Source of the DNA: Candidatus Omnitrophota bacterium
Lineage (GTDB): Bacteria > Omnitrophota > Gorgyraeia > Gygaellales > Profunditerraquicolaceae
Length of the DNA stretch: 64,000 nt
Assembly: GCA_028715415.1 (NCBI GenBank)
Contig: JAQURX010000008.1
Coordinates: 2,495 to 66,494 of the forward strand
Direction of reading: 5' to 3'
In this document: positions 29,058 to 39,489 of the stretch, piece by piece
How the letters are laid out: every line of letters starts with the position of its first letter
How positions within the stretch are numbered: position 1 is the first letter of the stretch
Notes under the pieces: generated by a model
Told to the model about the DNA's origin: nothing
Seen by the model: only the letters and a program-made list of their open reading frames with translations
Database searches by the model: none
Made by a program: the position numbers and the translations under genes

Positions 29058-30434
29058 CTATAGGTTTGGGGACAGTACAACATCCAATGCCTCTTTTAAT
29101 GTAGACACCGGGATTAACTTTATCTTTTCTTTCTTTTGAGTTAAGTTCTTATAAATATTTTGCGGCAAAATACAATGCTTAAATCCAAGTTTTTCCGCTT
29201 CATTAATACGTAAACTCGCATTTGAAACACTTCTAATTTCGCCACTTAACCCTACTTCTCCTAAGAAAATTGCGTCTTCCATAACTACCTGTTCTTTAAA
29301 AGCGCTCGCAACCGCAATACAAACTGCCAAATCCGCAGCCGGGTCTTCTATTTTAATCCCTCCGGCTACATTTAAAAATATATCTTCTGTTTCAAGGTGC
29401 AGGCCAATTCTTTTTTCTAAAACCGCAACCAGAAGATTAAGACGATTGGAATCAAACCCCTGTGCTTTCCTGATAGGAAACCCAAAATTTGTTTTACTTA
29501 CCAAAGCCTGAATTTCAACCAATAACGGGCGCGTTCCCTCTAAAACAGCAGTTACAACGGAACCTGAAACACCTCGTGGCTTCTCAGAAAGAAAAATCTC
29601 GGAAGGATTTTTTACTTCTTTAAGCCCTCCTTGAGTCATCTCAAATACGCCTATCTCATTTGTTGAGCCGAACCTATTCTTAACAGCACGTAAGATTCTA
29701 TATAATGCAAACCTGTCGCCCTCAAAGTAAAGCACCGTATCAACGATATGCTCTAGCACCCTTGGGCCAGCGATTGCCCCTTCTTTTGTTACATGCCCGA
29801 TTATAAAAACCGGAATCCCGCAAGACTTGGCTATCTGGGTCAAAATACTTGCACATTCTCTAACTTGGCTAACGCTTCCCGCCGCAGAAGTAATTGCCGG
29901 ATCAAAAATAACCTGTATGGAATCAACAATGACCACATCAGGAGCAATTTTCTTAATGTGTTCAGTAATTAAAGAAAGGTCCGTTTGATTTACAATATAA
30001 AGGCTCTCTGAATCAACGCTACCTAAACGCTTTGCCCTTAACTTAGTCTGAGCAACAGATTCTTCTCCGCTTATATAAAGAATTGTTTTTCCGGTTTTTG
30101 CCAACTGATGCGAGATCTGAAGCGAAATTGTAGATTTTCCTATCCCAGGATCTCCACCGATTAGGATTACCGAACCATTTACTATCCCGCCTCCTAAAAC
30201 CCTATCAAGCTCAACGATTCCGGTCTTAAGACGAGATTCTTCTCCAGCCTCAACATTTTTTAAAAGAACTGGTGCATCCTTATACAAAGAACTCTTCTGA
30301 TTGTCTCCGGGCACTTCTTGAGCATAATCTTCCTCTAGAAACGAATTCCAGCTATTACAATCCGGGCATTTCCCGAGCCATTTTGGAGACTGATATCCGC
30401 AACTTGAACAACTGAATATTGTCTTTGTCTTCAT
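29058..30434 (-). CDS. radA: DNA repair protein RadA/Sms
   Basis: 458 aa. N-terminal C4 zinc finger (CSSCGYQSPKWLGKCPDCNSW), RecA-like Walker A GDPGIGKST, the KNRFG motif and a Lon-like C-terminal domain. Confidence 0.9.
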   Translation of the reverse strand: MKTKTIFSCSSCGYQSPKWLGKCPDCNSWNSFLEEDYAQEVPGDNQKSSLYKDAPVLLKNVEAGEESRLKTGIVELDRVLGGGIVNGSVILIGGDPGIGKSTISLQISHQLAKTGKTILYISGEESVAQTKLRAKRLGSVDSESLYIVNQTDLSLITEHIKKIAPDVVIVDSIQVIFDPAITSAAGSVSQVRECASILTQIAKSCGIPVFIIGHVTKEGAIAGPRVLEHIVDTVLYFEGDRFALYRILRAVKNRFGSTNEIGVFEMTQGGLKEVKNPSEIFLSEKPRGVSGSVVTAVLEGTRPLLVEIQALVSKTNFGFPIRKAQGFDSNRLNLLVAVLEKRIGLHLETEDIFLNVAGGIKIEDPAADLAVCIAVASAFKEQVVMEDAIFLGEVGLSGEIRSVSNASLRINEAEKLGFKHCILPQNIYKNLTQKKEKIKLIPVSTLKEALDVVLSPNL

Positions 30435-30454
30435 TCTATTCCTATTGCTAATTA

Positions 30455-31069
30455 CTACTTATTCTCCTTCGTCTTCCAAATCAACTTCCAGGGATGCTTT
30501 CGGATATCGGTTGCAAACGCCTCAAACTCTTTATACATAGTATCATCATTAAGAAGCTTGCCGATGGTTCCCTGCCCTTTATTTATTTTTAACAAAGTAT
30601 CATCCGCGTCAGTAACCACTTTCATTGCCAAGGCCCCTACTTCCTGCATAGAGATTGGGTCCTGGCCAGCCAACTCTTCATTAGCGGCAAGAAAATTTAC
30701 ATAATCTTTCCCCGGCATAATCTCAATATATTTTTCACCTAAAAGGCCTAAGGTATTTACCCAAACAGTAGAGTCCTTTGGAATTTTTACCTTTTCTTTA
30801 ACCCAAGTCTCTATTTTTACCCGAGTCTTTTTTTCTTCAGGTATAATAAAAAAGCGGATATTTTTCACAACTCCCACATCAACACCAGCAAACCTTACGG
30901 GAGCTCCGACTTTAACGCCATTACTAAACCCAAACATAAAATTCACCCGGTAACCATTAGCCCAGGTTTTAAAACCCCCAATAGACAAAATAAATATAGA
31001 TAAAAGAACAAGGCCGACAAAAACAAAAATACCCACCTTTAACTCTAATTTAGTTTTGCCAAATATCAT
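30455..31069 (-). CDS. mlaD: MlaD / MCE-domain protein (outer-membrane lipid asymmetry system)
   Basis: 204 aa. N-terminal TM anchor followed by an MCE domain (GVKVGAPVRFAGVDVGVV). Downstream of mlaE-mlaF. Confidence 0.7.
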   Translation of the reverse strand: MIFGKTKLELKVGIFVFVGLVLLSIFILSIGGFKTWANGYRVNFMFGFSNGVKVGAPVRFAGVDVGVVKNIRFFIIPEEKKTRVKIETWVKEKVKIPKDSTVWVNTLGLLGEKYIEIMPGKDYVNFLAANEELAGQDPISMQEVGALAMKVVTDADDTLLKINKGQGTIGKLLNDDTMYKEFEAFATDIRKHPWKLIWKTKENK

Positions 31070-31082
31070 TTTACTTCCTCCA

Positions 31083-31835
31083 TTATTCTAAAGTTTCAGT
31101 AATAGGCCCTTTTGAAAGCCCATTGATAAACTGATGGACAACCGGATTGTCGGAATTCTGGATCTCTCCGGGGTTACCTTCTGCGATAATCTTGCCCTTA
31201 TACATCATTGCAATCCTGTCTCCAACCGTATAAGCGCTTTTCATATCATGAGTAACAACAATAGAAGTTACTTTTAATTTATCATGCAAATTTTTGATAA
31301 GTTGATTTATGCTGTCAGCAGTAATAGGATCAACCCCTGTTGTCGGTTCGTCATAAAGAATAATTTCCGGCTTTATGCAGATTGCACGCGCCAAAGCAAC
31401 GCGCTTTTTCATTCCGCCGCTTAACTCTGAAGGCATTAAATTTCCAATCCCGCATAAATCTACCATACATAAAGATTCTTCAATTCTTTCAAGAAGTTCT
31501 TTTCGTTCAATATGCTGATGCTCAATTAAACCAAAACCTACATTCTCTCCTACGGTCAAAGAATCAAAAAGAGCCCCTCCCTGAAAAACCATGCCGATTT
31601 TTAAACGAAGACTGTTTAAATCTTTTTCATCCAACTTAGAAACTTCCTGCCCCTCAACAGAAACCCTGCCTTTTTCCGGCTTTAAGATTCCGACAATATG
31701 CTTTAACAATACTGATTTTCCGCATCCGGATCGGCCGATAATCACACAAGTTGAACCCGTTTTAATATTAAGGCTCAATTCATCCAAAACCCTGTGTTCC
31801 CCAAAATTTTTTACGACACCGGAAATTTCAATCAT
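31083..31835 (-). CDS. mlaF: ABC transporter ATP-binding protein MlaF
   Basis: 250 aa. Walker A GRSGCGKS, signature LSGGMKKR and Walker B ILYDEP. Confidence 0.8.
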   Translation of the reverse strand: MIEISGVVKNFGEHRVLDELSLNIKTGSTCVIIGRSGCGKSVLLKHIVGILKPEKGRVSVEGQEVSKLDEKDLNSLRLKIGMVFQGGALFDSLTVGENVGFGLIEHQHIERKELLERIEESLCMVDLCGIGNLMPSELSGGMKKRVALARAICIKPEIILYDEPTTGVDPITADSINQLIKNLHDKLKVTSIVVTHDMKSAYTVGDRIAMMYKGKIIAEGNPGEIQNSDNPVVHQFINGLSKGPITETLE

Positions 31836-31848
31836 TTTTTTAAAACTC

Positions 31849-32637
31849 TTAAGGAAATATAAAATAAAATATGGCCGTAAAGAAACAATCGGCGATAATA
31901 ATAAGTATAAAAGTTGTTACAACTGAACGCGTAGTTGCCTGGCCTACCCCTTCAGCCCCTCCTTCAACATTAAAACCCTCATAACAACTAACGATAGCAA
32001 TGATCATCCCGAAAAACAGCGTCTTAAATAAACCGGTAAATAAATCTTTGTACAATACCGCGTCCACTGTTACTCTCCAATACATACTTGAAGAAATTCC
32101 AAGTTTGAGTGTACAGATTAAATAACTACCGAAAATCCCAATTGCATCAGCAAATAGAGTTAACAAGGGGAGCATTAATGTCAAGGCGATAAACCTTGGC
32201 ACTACAAGATACTTTACCGGGTTTGTCGCAAGTGTTTCCAAGGCATCTATCTGCTCGGTAACCTGCATTGAACCAAGCTCTGCGGTAATTGCAGCTCCTA
32301 CCCTGCCCGCTACGACCAGCGCGGTAATTACAGGCCCAAGCTCTCGCACCAAAGAAAGCGCAACTAAACTTGCGATATACATTTCAGAGCCAATGCGCTG
32401 CATGAAATATGCGGTTTGCAAAGCAAAAATAAAACCGATAAACAATGCAACCAGTGAAACTATTGGAAGGCTGTCATATCCTGCTTTTTTTGCCTGCTCA
32501 ATAATTCTATGGTTTTTAAAAGGGGGCTTGAATGACAAATAGCAAGTTTGCGCAAATAAATATGCGCTTCCGCCAAGAAAATGTAAAAACTCAATAAACC
32601 TGCGGCCTAAACTAATAAAAAATTGAGTAAACATCAT
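31849..32637 (-). CDS. mlaE: ABC transporter permease MlaE
   Basis: 262 aa. MlaE/Ttg2B-type permease with conserved ...RELGPVITALVVAGRVGAAITAELGSMQVTEQIDAL. Confidence 0.8.
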   Translation of the reverse strand: MMFTQFFISLGRRFIEFLHFLGGSAYLFAQTCYLSFKPPFKNHRIIEQAKKAGYDSLPIVSLVALFIGFIFALQTAYFMQRIGSEMYIASLVALSLVRELGPVITALVVAGRVGAAITAELGSMQVTEQIDALETLATNPVKYLVVPRFIALTLMLPLLTLFADAIGIFGSYLICTLKLGISSSMYWRVTVDAVLYKDLFTGLFKTLFFGMIIAIVSCYEGFNVEGGAEGVGQATTRSVVTTFILIIIADCFFTAIFYFIFP

Positions 32638-32646
32638 ATTTAATTA

Positions 32647-35073
32647 CTACACGAGCTCGAAATACAATTCTTCATTCTTACGGGTAACCTTGATTTTTGA
32701 GCCTTCCTTAAACTTCTTTGAGATTATCTCGGAAGCAAGTGGGTCTTCCAAAAATCTTTGTATCGTCCTCTTAAGAGGCCTGGCTCCAAAAACCGGGTCA
32801 AAACCTTTTTCAATCAAAAACTCTTTTGCTTCCTGGTCAATATCCAACGAAATATTCTGCTCTTTTAATCGGCTGGCAACATGCCCTATTTCAATATCAA
32901 TAATCCCAACCAGGTCTTCTTTCAACAAAGGCCTGAATACAATAATATCATCAATACGGTTTAAAAACTCCGGCTTAAATACCCGTTTTACTTCTTCCAA
33001 GAGCTTATCCTTCATCTCTTGATAAGTAATTTCTTCTTTTTGAGTTTTGAACCCTAGCGAGCCGGTCTTCCTGATTAATTCAGCCCCTACATTTGAAGTC
33101 ATAATAATTATCGTATTCCTAAAATCAACTTTCCTCCCAAAACTATCAGTCAATCTTCCTTCTTCAAAAACCTGAAGCAGCAAATTAAATACATCCGGAT
33201 GTGCTTTTTCAATTTCATCCAAAAGGATTACCGCGTATGGCCTGCGACGCACTCTTTCAGTTAACTGGCCGCCTTCTTCATAGCCGACATATCCGGGAGG
33301 AGCTCCAATCAGACGGGAAACGTTAAACTTCTCCATATACTCAGACATATCCAACTGCAAAAGGGCATCTTCATCTCCGAACATAAATTCAGCAAGCGCC
33401 CTTGCAAGAAGAGTCTTTCCTACACCAGTCGGGCCCAAAAATACAAAAGAACCAATTGGCCGTCTTGGGTCTTTGATACCAGCACGTGAACGCCGCACAG
33501 CATGAGCAATGGCCGAAATAGCTTCATCCTGGCCAACTACTCGTTTATGCAACTCTTCCTCTATTTTTAATAATTTCTCGCCTTCCTTCTCTTCAAGCCT
33601 AAAGATAGGAATCCCTGTCCACTGTGCTACAATTTTTGCAATCTCTTCTTCCGTTACTTCAGGGCACATCTTATCTTTTGCCTGAGACCATTCTTTATTT
33701 TTCTGCTCCAGCTCAAGGCGGGCAGCTCTCTCCTGGTCCCTTAAAGAAGCGGCCTTTTCAAAATCCTGCGATTTAATAAACGACTCTTTTTCTTTTCTGA
33801 TTGATTCAACTTTCTGCTCAAGCTGCTTTATATCGGGAGGAACAACCAGGACATTTAAACGTGCACGCGAACCTGCTTCATCAATTAGATCAATCGCTTT
33901 ATCGGGAAGAAATCTTCCTGAGATATAACGATCTGCTAATTTTGCTGCAGCTTCCAAAGCATCATCACAAAATTTTACACGATGGTGTGCTTCATATTTA
34001 TCCCTTAAGCCTTTAAGGATATCTACGGTTTGGCTCACCGACGGCGGCTCAACCATAATTGTCTGGAAACGCCTTTCTAGTGCTGCATCCTTCTCAATAT
34101 ATTTTCTATATTCATCCATTGTAGTTGCGCCGATACACTGCATCTCCCCTCGGGAAAGCGCTGGTTTTAATATATTTGAGGCGTCAATTGCTCCTTCCGC
34201 AGCCCCTGCGCCGACAAGCGTATGCAACTCATCAATAAAAATAATTATGTCCTGAGAGCGTTTAATTTCTTCCATTACCGCTTTGATTCTTTCTTCAAAC
34301 TGCCCACGGTATTTTGTCCCTGCGACCATTAAAGCAAGATCCAACACAACTAAACGCTTGCCCCTTAAAATATCAGGGACATTTCCGGCAATAATTGCCT
34401 GAGCCAATCCTTCTACTATTGCAGTTTTACCAACTCCTGCCTCACCAAGAAGAACAGGATTATTCTTTGTACGCCTGCTTAATATCTGTATAACACGTTC
34501 TATTTCCTGGATTCTATCAATGACCGGATCAAGTTTATTTTCTTTAGCAAGCACTGTTAAATCACGTCCAAACGCATCTAACGCCGGAGTTTTGGTTTTT
34601 CCCTGCGAAGTTCCCTGCTGGCTCATCCCCGGAAGAGCAGAGCCTAAAAGTTCCATTACTTCATTTCTAACGGTATTTAAATCCATCCCGAGATTAAGAA
34701 GAACCTGCGAAGCAATCCCTTCTCCCTCACGGATAAGGCCGAGCAAAAGATGCTCAGTCCCTATATAATTATGCCCCAAGGAACGCGCCTCTTCCGCAGC
34801 TAATTCCAAAGCTTTCTTTGCGCGGGGAGTAAATGGGATATCGCCAATAATCTGAGTCGTTGGCCCGGGCTGGACTAACTTTTCAATTTCAAGGCGGATA
34901 TTCTCCAAAGAAATCCCTAATTTTTGCAAAACTGCAGCAGCTACACCCTCACCTTCGCGAATAAGGCCTAAAAGTATATGCTCAGTACCGATATAATCAT
35001 GATTAAAACGCCTTGCTTCTTCTTTAGCTAAAATGATTACTTTACGCGCTCTTTCCGTGAACCGATTAAACAT
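32647..35073 (-). CDS. clpC: ATP-dependent Clp protease ATP-binding subunit ClpC
   Basis: 808 aa. Duplicated Clp_N repeats, two AAA+ modules (GEAGVGKT; GPTGVGKT), a UVR-like linker and a ClpP-docking loop region. Confidence 0.9.
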   Translation of the reverse strand: MFNRFTERARKVIILAKEEARRFNHDYIGTEHILLGLIREGEGVAAAVLQKLGISLENIRLEIEKLVQPGPTTQIIGDIPFTPRAKKALELAAEEARSLGHNYIGTEHLLLGLIREGEGIASQVLLNLGMDLNTVRNEVMELLGSALPGMSQQGTSQGKTKTPALDAFGRDLTVLAKENKLDPVIDRIQEIERVIQILSRRTKNNPVLLGEAGVGKTAIVEGLAQAIIAGNVPDILRGKRLVVLDLALMVAGTKYRGQFEERIKAVMEEIKRSQDIIIFIDELHTLVGAGAAEGAIDASNILKPALSRGEMQCIGATTMDEYRKYIEKDAALERRFQTIMVEPPSVSQTVDILKGLRDKYEAHHRVKFCDDALEAAAKLADRYISGRFLPDKAIDLIDEAGSRARLNVLVVPPDIKQLEQKVESIRKEKESFIKSQDFEKAASLRDQERAARLELEQKNKEWSQAKDKMCPEVTEEEIAKIVAQWTGIPIFRLEEKEGEKLLKIEEELHKRVVGQDEAISAIAHAVRRSRAGIKDPRRPIGSFVFLGPTGVGKTLLARALAEFMFGDEDALLQLDMSEYMEKFNVSRLIGAPPGYVGYEEGGQLTERVRRRPYAVILLDEIEKAHPDVFNLLLQVFEEGRLTDSFGRKVDFRNTIIIMTSNVGAELIRKTGSLGFKTQKEEITYQEMKDKLLEEVKRVFKPEFLNRIDDIIVFRPLLKEDLVGIIDIEIGHVASRLKEQNISLDIDQEAKEFLIEKGFDPVFGARPLKRTIQRFLEDPLASEIISKKFKEGSKIKVTRKNEELYFELV

Positions 35074-35086
35074 GAGGCCTCCCCTA

Positions 35087-36139
35087 TTAAATTAAACTTA
35101 ATTTGCTTCTTATGATTTTTGCCCGTTCCACATCCCGTTCTTCCGAAGAAAGTTTTTTATTTTCTATTTTCTGCAGATGAGCAGGCTGCGTAATTATAAA
35201 AAGTTCGTTTACCGACCTACGGTCTATGCCCTTAATTACATTACTATCAACTCCAAGCCTGACCATAGACAATAATTCTATTGTCTCCTGGCTTGAAATA
35301 ATATGTGCACTCTTTAAAATCCCAAGGCTTCTATTAATCCTGTCTTCCATCGCCGCTTTATTTTTGGAGAACAAAGCTTCTCTCGCCTGATTTTCCTGTT
35401 CAATAATCTGGCGTATTAAGCCGCTTAAGTTATCAATCAATTCCTCTTCTTTAAACCCTAATGAAAGCTGGTTTGAAATCTGGAAGAAATTGCCGCTTGC
35501 CTGCGTGCCTTCTCCGTATAATCCCCGCGTTGTAAAACTTAATTTTGAAATCGCAGCCAAAACCCTGTCAATCTGGCGGGTCATGACTAACGCTGGCAAA
35601 TGCAACATTACAGATCCGCGCATTCCGGTTCCAGTGTTAGTCGGGCATGCTGTCAGATAACCCCATTCCGGCAAAAAAGCAAAGGTGAGTTCCTTGGCAA
35701 AGCTATCATCAAGTTTATTAATTATATTCCATGCTTCAAAAAGATTAAATCCGGATTGCATAACCTGCATCCTAATATGATCCTCTTCGTTGACCATAAC
35801 CGCGATAACTTCATCCTGATCAACAACTACAGCCCTTGACTCAGACTTCTGGGCATGCTCTAAAGACATGACATGTCTTTCTACTAAAAACTGCTTATCA
35901 ACGCTATCTAATTCTTGAAGTTTAAAAACAGTAGTCTGCTTCAAGAGGTCAATTTTGTTTACAGCATCTTCAATTGCTTTTAAAGAAAGCTCCCCCTGCT
36001 TTTTATTTGCCCAGTGAGGAAATGGAAATTTCTCTAAATTTCTTGCAAGCCTGATACGGCTTGAGATTACGATATCTGAGTTTGGGCCAGTGCCTTTCAG
36101 CCATTCGCTTGTGTGATTAATAAGGTCGTTTATCTTCAT
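35087..36139 (-). CDS. mcsB: protein arginine kinase McsB (ATP:guanido phosphotransferase)
   Basis: 350 aa. Phosphagen-kinase-like catalytic core (ACPTNTGTGMR, CPTN motif). Confidence 0.85.
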   Translation of the reverse strand: MKINDLINHTSEWLKGTGPNSDIVISSRIRLARNLEKFPFPHWANKKQGELSLKAIEDAVNKIDLLKQTTVFKLQELDSVDKQFLVERHVMSLEHAQKSESRAVVVDQDEVIAVMVNEEDHIRMQVMQSGFNLFEAWNIINKLDDSFAKELTFAFLPEWGYLTACPTNTGTGMRGSVMLHLPALVMTRQIDRVLAAISKLSFTTRGLYGEGTQASGNFFQISNQLSLGFKEEELIDNLSGLIRQIIEQENQAREALFSKNKAAMEDRINRSLGILKSAHIISSQETIELLSMVRLGVDSNVIKGIDRRSVNELFIITQPAHLQKIENKKLSSEERDVERAKIIRSKLSLI

Positions 36140-36669
36140 TTATTATCTTCCTTGGATTCATTTTTATCATTTGATTGATTGATCTCAAGCTCTTTTATTT
36201 GATCGCGCAACTTCGCTGCCTCTTCAAACTCTTCATTATCAATTGCCTTCTGTAAATTATGGCGTAATTCTTGCAGGCCTAAAGTTTTCCTCTTTGTTTT
36301 CTTTTCAGCTTTAACAAAAGGAGATTTTCCAATATGCTGTATTGAACCATGAATCCTCTTAAGAAGAGGCCCTAAATATTTTTTAAAAGTAACATAGCAT
36401 TCCCCACAGCCAAGCCTGCCTATTTTCTTAAAATCTTCGTACGTCAGGGAACAACCCGGGCATTTGACAGTCGCTCCACCCGTTTCCTTGGTAGGCTTTT
36501 CAAAATCAGCAAGGCCTGCCAAAAGATCGCTTAAGCCAAATTGCTGTTCCATCTGAGCACTTTTCTGGCGAGCGCATTCTTCACATAAATGCAGTTCATT
36601 AATCTGATCGTTAATAATCTCTGTCAAATGAACAGTAGCTGCAACCTTACCGCAGACATCGCATAACAT
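36136..36669 (-). CDS. mcsA: McsA (activator of McsB; zinc-finger/UVR-domain protein)
   Basis: 177 aa. N-terminal CxxC pairs (CDVCGK...CEECA; CPGCS...CGEC) and a C-terminal UVR motif (EEFEEAAKLRDQIKELE). Overlaps mcsB. Confidence 0.75.
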   Translation of the reverse strand: MLCDVCGKVAATVHLTEIINDQINELHLCEECARQKSAQMEQQFGLSDLLAGLADFEKPTKETGGATVKCPGCSLTYEDFKKIGRLGCGECYVTFKKYLGPLLKRIHGSIQHIGKSPFVKAEKKTKRKTLGLQELRHNLQKAIDNEEFEEAAKLRDQIKELEINQSNDKNESKEDNK

Positions 36670-37556
36670 TAATATCTAACCCCCTCTTTCTTGGTGATCT
36701 CTTTAAACTTTTTCATTAAAGAAAGTGTTGTCTTGCCGGGCCGGCCTTCTCCAATGATACGCCCATCTACTTTCACTACCGGAATAATTTCCGCGGCTGT
36801 ACCCGAAAGGAAACACTCATCCGAGATAAAAACCTCGTGCCGCGTAATTACATGCTCATGCACAGAAATTTTAGCTTTTTTTGCAATCTCCATAATAGAA
36901 TCTCTCGTAATCCCTCTTAAAGTCCCCATACATTGAGGAGGAGTATAAAGATGATTATTTTTCACGATAAAAATATTGTCCCCCGTGCATTCTGCCACAT
37001 ACCCAAGAGAATCAAGCATTATTGCTTCATCGCATCCAGAGTTTACCGCTTCAATCTTCGCAAGAATATTATTCAAATAATTCAAAGATTTAATCTGCGG
37101 GTTAAGCGCTTCAGGAAGATTCCTTACTGTCGGAACAGTAATAATTGACAAACCTTCTTTATAAAATTTCTCCGGGTAAAGCGCAATCCGATCAGCAATA
37201 ATAATAACCGTGGGCCTTCCAAAACATTTGCGCGGGTCTAAACCTAAATCTCCTTCTCCGCGGGTAACGATTAAGCGGATATAAGCATCTTCCAGCTTAT
37301 TTTCTTTTAACGTAGCAACTACCGCTTTAATCATCTGCTCTTTAGTTATGGGGATCTTAATCATTAAGCTATGCGCTGACTCGTAGAGCCGCTCAATATG
37401 CTCCTTTAGTTTAAAAACCAAACGCTTGTAGGAACGAATCCCCTCAAACACTCCATCACCATAAAGTAAACCGTGATCAAAAACTGAAATCTTCGCGTTA
37501 TTCTTATCGTAAAATTTTCCATCAATATAAATTTTCATAATTTCCTCCCTGGGCAC
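36669..37556 (-). CDS. ilvE: class IV aminotransferase (branched-chain amino acid / D-amino acid aminotransferase)
   Basis: 295 aa. HGLLYGDGVFEG..., with PLP-fold type IV motifs. GGAGG SD upstream. Its stop abuts the mcsA start. Confidence 0.75.
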   Translation of the reverse strand: MPREEIMKIYIDGKFYDKNNAKISVFDHGLLYGDGVFEGIRSYKRLVFKLKEHIERLYESAHSLMIKIPITKEQMIKAVVATLKENKLEDAYIRLIVTRGEGDLGLDPRKCFGRPTVIIIADRIALYPEKFYKEGLSIITVPTVRNLPEALNPQIKSLNYLNNILAKIEAVNSGCDEAIMLDSLGYVAECTGDNIFIVKNNHLYTPPQCMGTLRGITRDSIMEIAKKAKISVHEHVITRHEVFISDECFLSGTAAEIIPVVKVDGRIIGEGRPGKTTLSLMKKFKEITKKEGVRY

Positions 37557-37620
37557 CAGCCCGCCCCAATTGCCCTACCAAGGGCACACTTTGCCTTCCG
37601 ATAGGCAAAGGTGTGGTAGG

Positions 37621-38295
37621 TTAACTAACAAGTAATCCATCTTTCAAATGATATATCTTATCTGCCTGTTTAGCTAATTCAACATTATGCGTTACCATAA
37701 CAACTGTCATGTTATTTTTTTTGCTTATATCCGATATCAAAGAAAAAACCTCTTCTCCTGATTTAGAATCAAGATTCCCTGTCGGCTCATCGCACAAAAG
37801 CAAATCCGGCTTATTAATTAACGCGCGGACAATAGCAACTCTTTGTTTCTCCCCTCCTGACAACTGCCCGGGGAAATGCGTAATACTGTTTATCAACCCA
37901 ACGTCTTTTAAAGTTTCTTTCGCCTTATGCACAAGGTCAGCTTTATCAATCTTAACTTCAGGATTAATCAAAACAGGAAAAAGTACATTCTCTAAAACAG
38001 TAAAGTCGGGCAATAGATGATAAAATTGAAAAACAAAACCGAATTTTGTATTCCTTAAACGGGAAATCTGCCGGTCGGAAAGAGAGTAGATGTCTTCTCC
38101 TTCAAAAAAAACTCTTCCCGTTGTCGGAGAATCAAGCCCCCCTAAAATATGCAAGAGAGTTGATTTTCCTGCTCCTGAAGGCCCAACTACTGCCACAAAC
38201 TCTCCGTTATTAATTTTCAAATCTATATCGCTTAAGACTTGTAATTTTCTTTTTCCCACACTATAAACTTTTTGAATATTCTTTGCTTCAATCAT
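37621..38295 (-). CDS. lolD: lipoprotein-releasing ABC ATP-binding protein LolD
   Basis: 224 aa. Walker A GPSGAGKST, LolD-type signature LSGGEKQRVAIVRAL and Walker B LLCDEPTGNLD. Confidence 0.85.
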   Translation of the reverse strand: MIEAKNIQKVYSVGKRKLQVLSDIDLKINNGEFVAVVGPSGAGKSTLLHILGGLDSPTTGRVFFEGEDIYSLSDRQISRLRNTKFGFVFQFYHLLPDFTVLENVLFPVLINPEVKIDKADLVHKAKETLKDVGLINSITHFPGQLSGGEKQRVAIVRALINKPDLLLCDEPTGNLDSKSGEEVFSLISDISKKNNMTVVMVTHNVELAKQADKIYHLKDGLLVS

Positions 38296-38297
38296 AT

Positions 38298-39488
38298 CTA
38301 TTCATACCTTAATGCTTCAACCGGCTCTAATTTTGCAGCTTTAATTGCCGGATAAATAGTAGAGATAAAAACAATAGTTATTGCGCTAGCAATAATCAAA
38401 ACCATATCCGGCCATAACTCAATAGAAACCGGAAGCCTGTCAATATAGTAAATGTCCGACGGTAATTTGATAAATTGGTATTTTTTAAGCAGCCAACATA
38501 ACAAAATTCCACCCGCGGAACCAAGAAAAGTCCCAAGTAAACCGATAATTAAACCCTCCATCATAAAAATCTTCTTAATCCCGGAACTTGCCATGCCTTG
38601 CGCTCTTAATATCCCGATATCTTTAGTTTTATCAACAACCATTACAATAAGCGTACTTGCGATATTAAAAGAAGCAACCAGTATTATAAGCGCAAGAATA
38701 ATAAACATAGTAAATTTTTCTAATTTTAACGCTGCGAAAAAACTACTATTAGCCTCCATCCAGGTCTTTAGATTATATTCAAATCCTAAGCTCTTTAACA
38801 AATCTTCTCTAACCTTATCCGCGGAATAAAGGTCTTTTAGCTTTATCGCTACAGCGCTAATCTGGTTAGGCAGTCCTAAAATATCCTGAGAGGCCTTAAT
38901 ACTTGTAAAAATAAGATTAAGGTCATAATCATACATTCCGGAATTAAAAATTCCTGCGACTCGTAAATCATATTGCTTTCCAAGAGGAGAATAAATAGTA
39001 AGACGCGAATTCAGATTTTTGCCTAGATAAGCGGCAAGTTCTCTTCCAATTATTACTCCATCATCTCCAAGCTTATCAATATCTCCTGCGATAATATATT
39101 GCTTAACTTTTGTAACTTGGGGCTCAGTTAAAGGGTTTATGCCTTTAAGGCTGACGGCAAAATACTTAGCTTCTTCTTTAATTAAAACTTGCCCCTGAAC
39201 ATACGGACTAATACCTTTTACTTGCGGGTTTGAAGCTATTTTTTTTAATACAGAGTCGTATTCAATATTAGTTAGCGGCTTGTATCCTGCTAAAGTAATG
39301 TGAGAATAATTGCCTACAATTTTATCGCGCAAATCCTTGTCAAATCCGGTCATAACCGCGATAACAATAATCAAGGCCATAACTCCGATAGCAATCCCTA
39401 AGACTGAAATAAGGCTTATCAAAGAAACGAATTTCTCTTTTCTTTTAGCGAGCAGATAACGCCAGCTTATGAACAACTCAATACGCAT
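38298..39488 (-). CDS. lipoprotein-releasing ABC permease LolC/LolE (FtsX-like)
   Basis: 396 aa. MacB/FtsX-like 4-TM permease with a large periplasmic domain. Adjacent to lolD. Confidence 0.8.
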   Translation of the reverse strand: MRIELFISWRYLLAKRKEKFVSLISLISVLGIAIGVMALIIVIAVMTGFDKDLRDKIVGNYSHITLAGYKPLTNIEYDSVLKKIASNPQVKGISPYVQGQVLIKEEAKYFAVSLKGINPLTEPQVTKVKQYIIAGDIDKLGDDGVIIGRELAAYLGKNLNSRLTIYSPLGKQYDLRVAGIFNSGMYDYDLNLIFTSIKASQDILGLPNQISAVAIKLKDLYSADKVREDLLKSLGFEYNLKTWMEANSSFFAALKLEKFTMFIILALIILVASFNIASTLIVMVVDKTKDIGILRAQGMASSGIKKIFMMEGLIIGLLGTFLGSAGGILLCWLLKKYQFIKLPSDIYYIDRLPVSIELWPDMVLIIASAITIVFISTIYPAIKAAKLEPVEALRYE

Positions 39489-39489
39489 A

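Noticed and set aside
37557-37620. Bulged hairpin between lolD and ilvE considered as a T-box or attenuator
   Set aside because: It is far too short for a T-box (about 60 nt against about 250 nt). There is no specifier or antiterminator architecture and no U-tract for an intrinsic terminator. I note it only as an unexplained structure under the CtsR finding.
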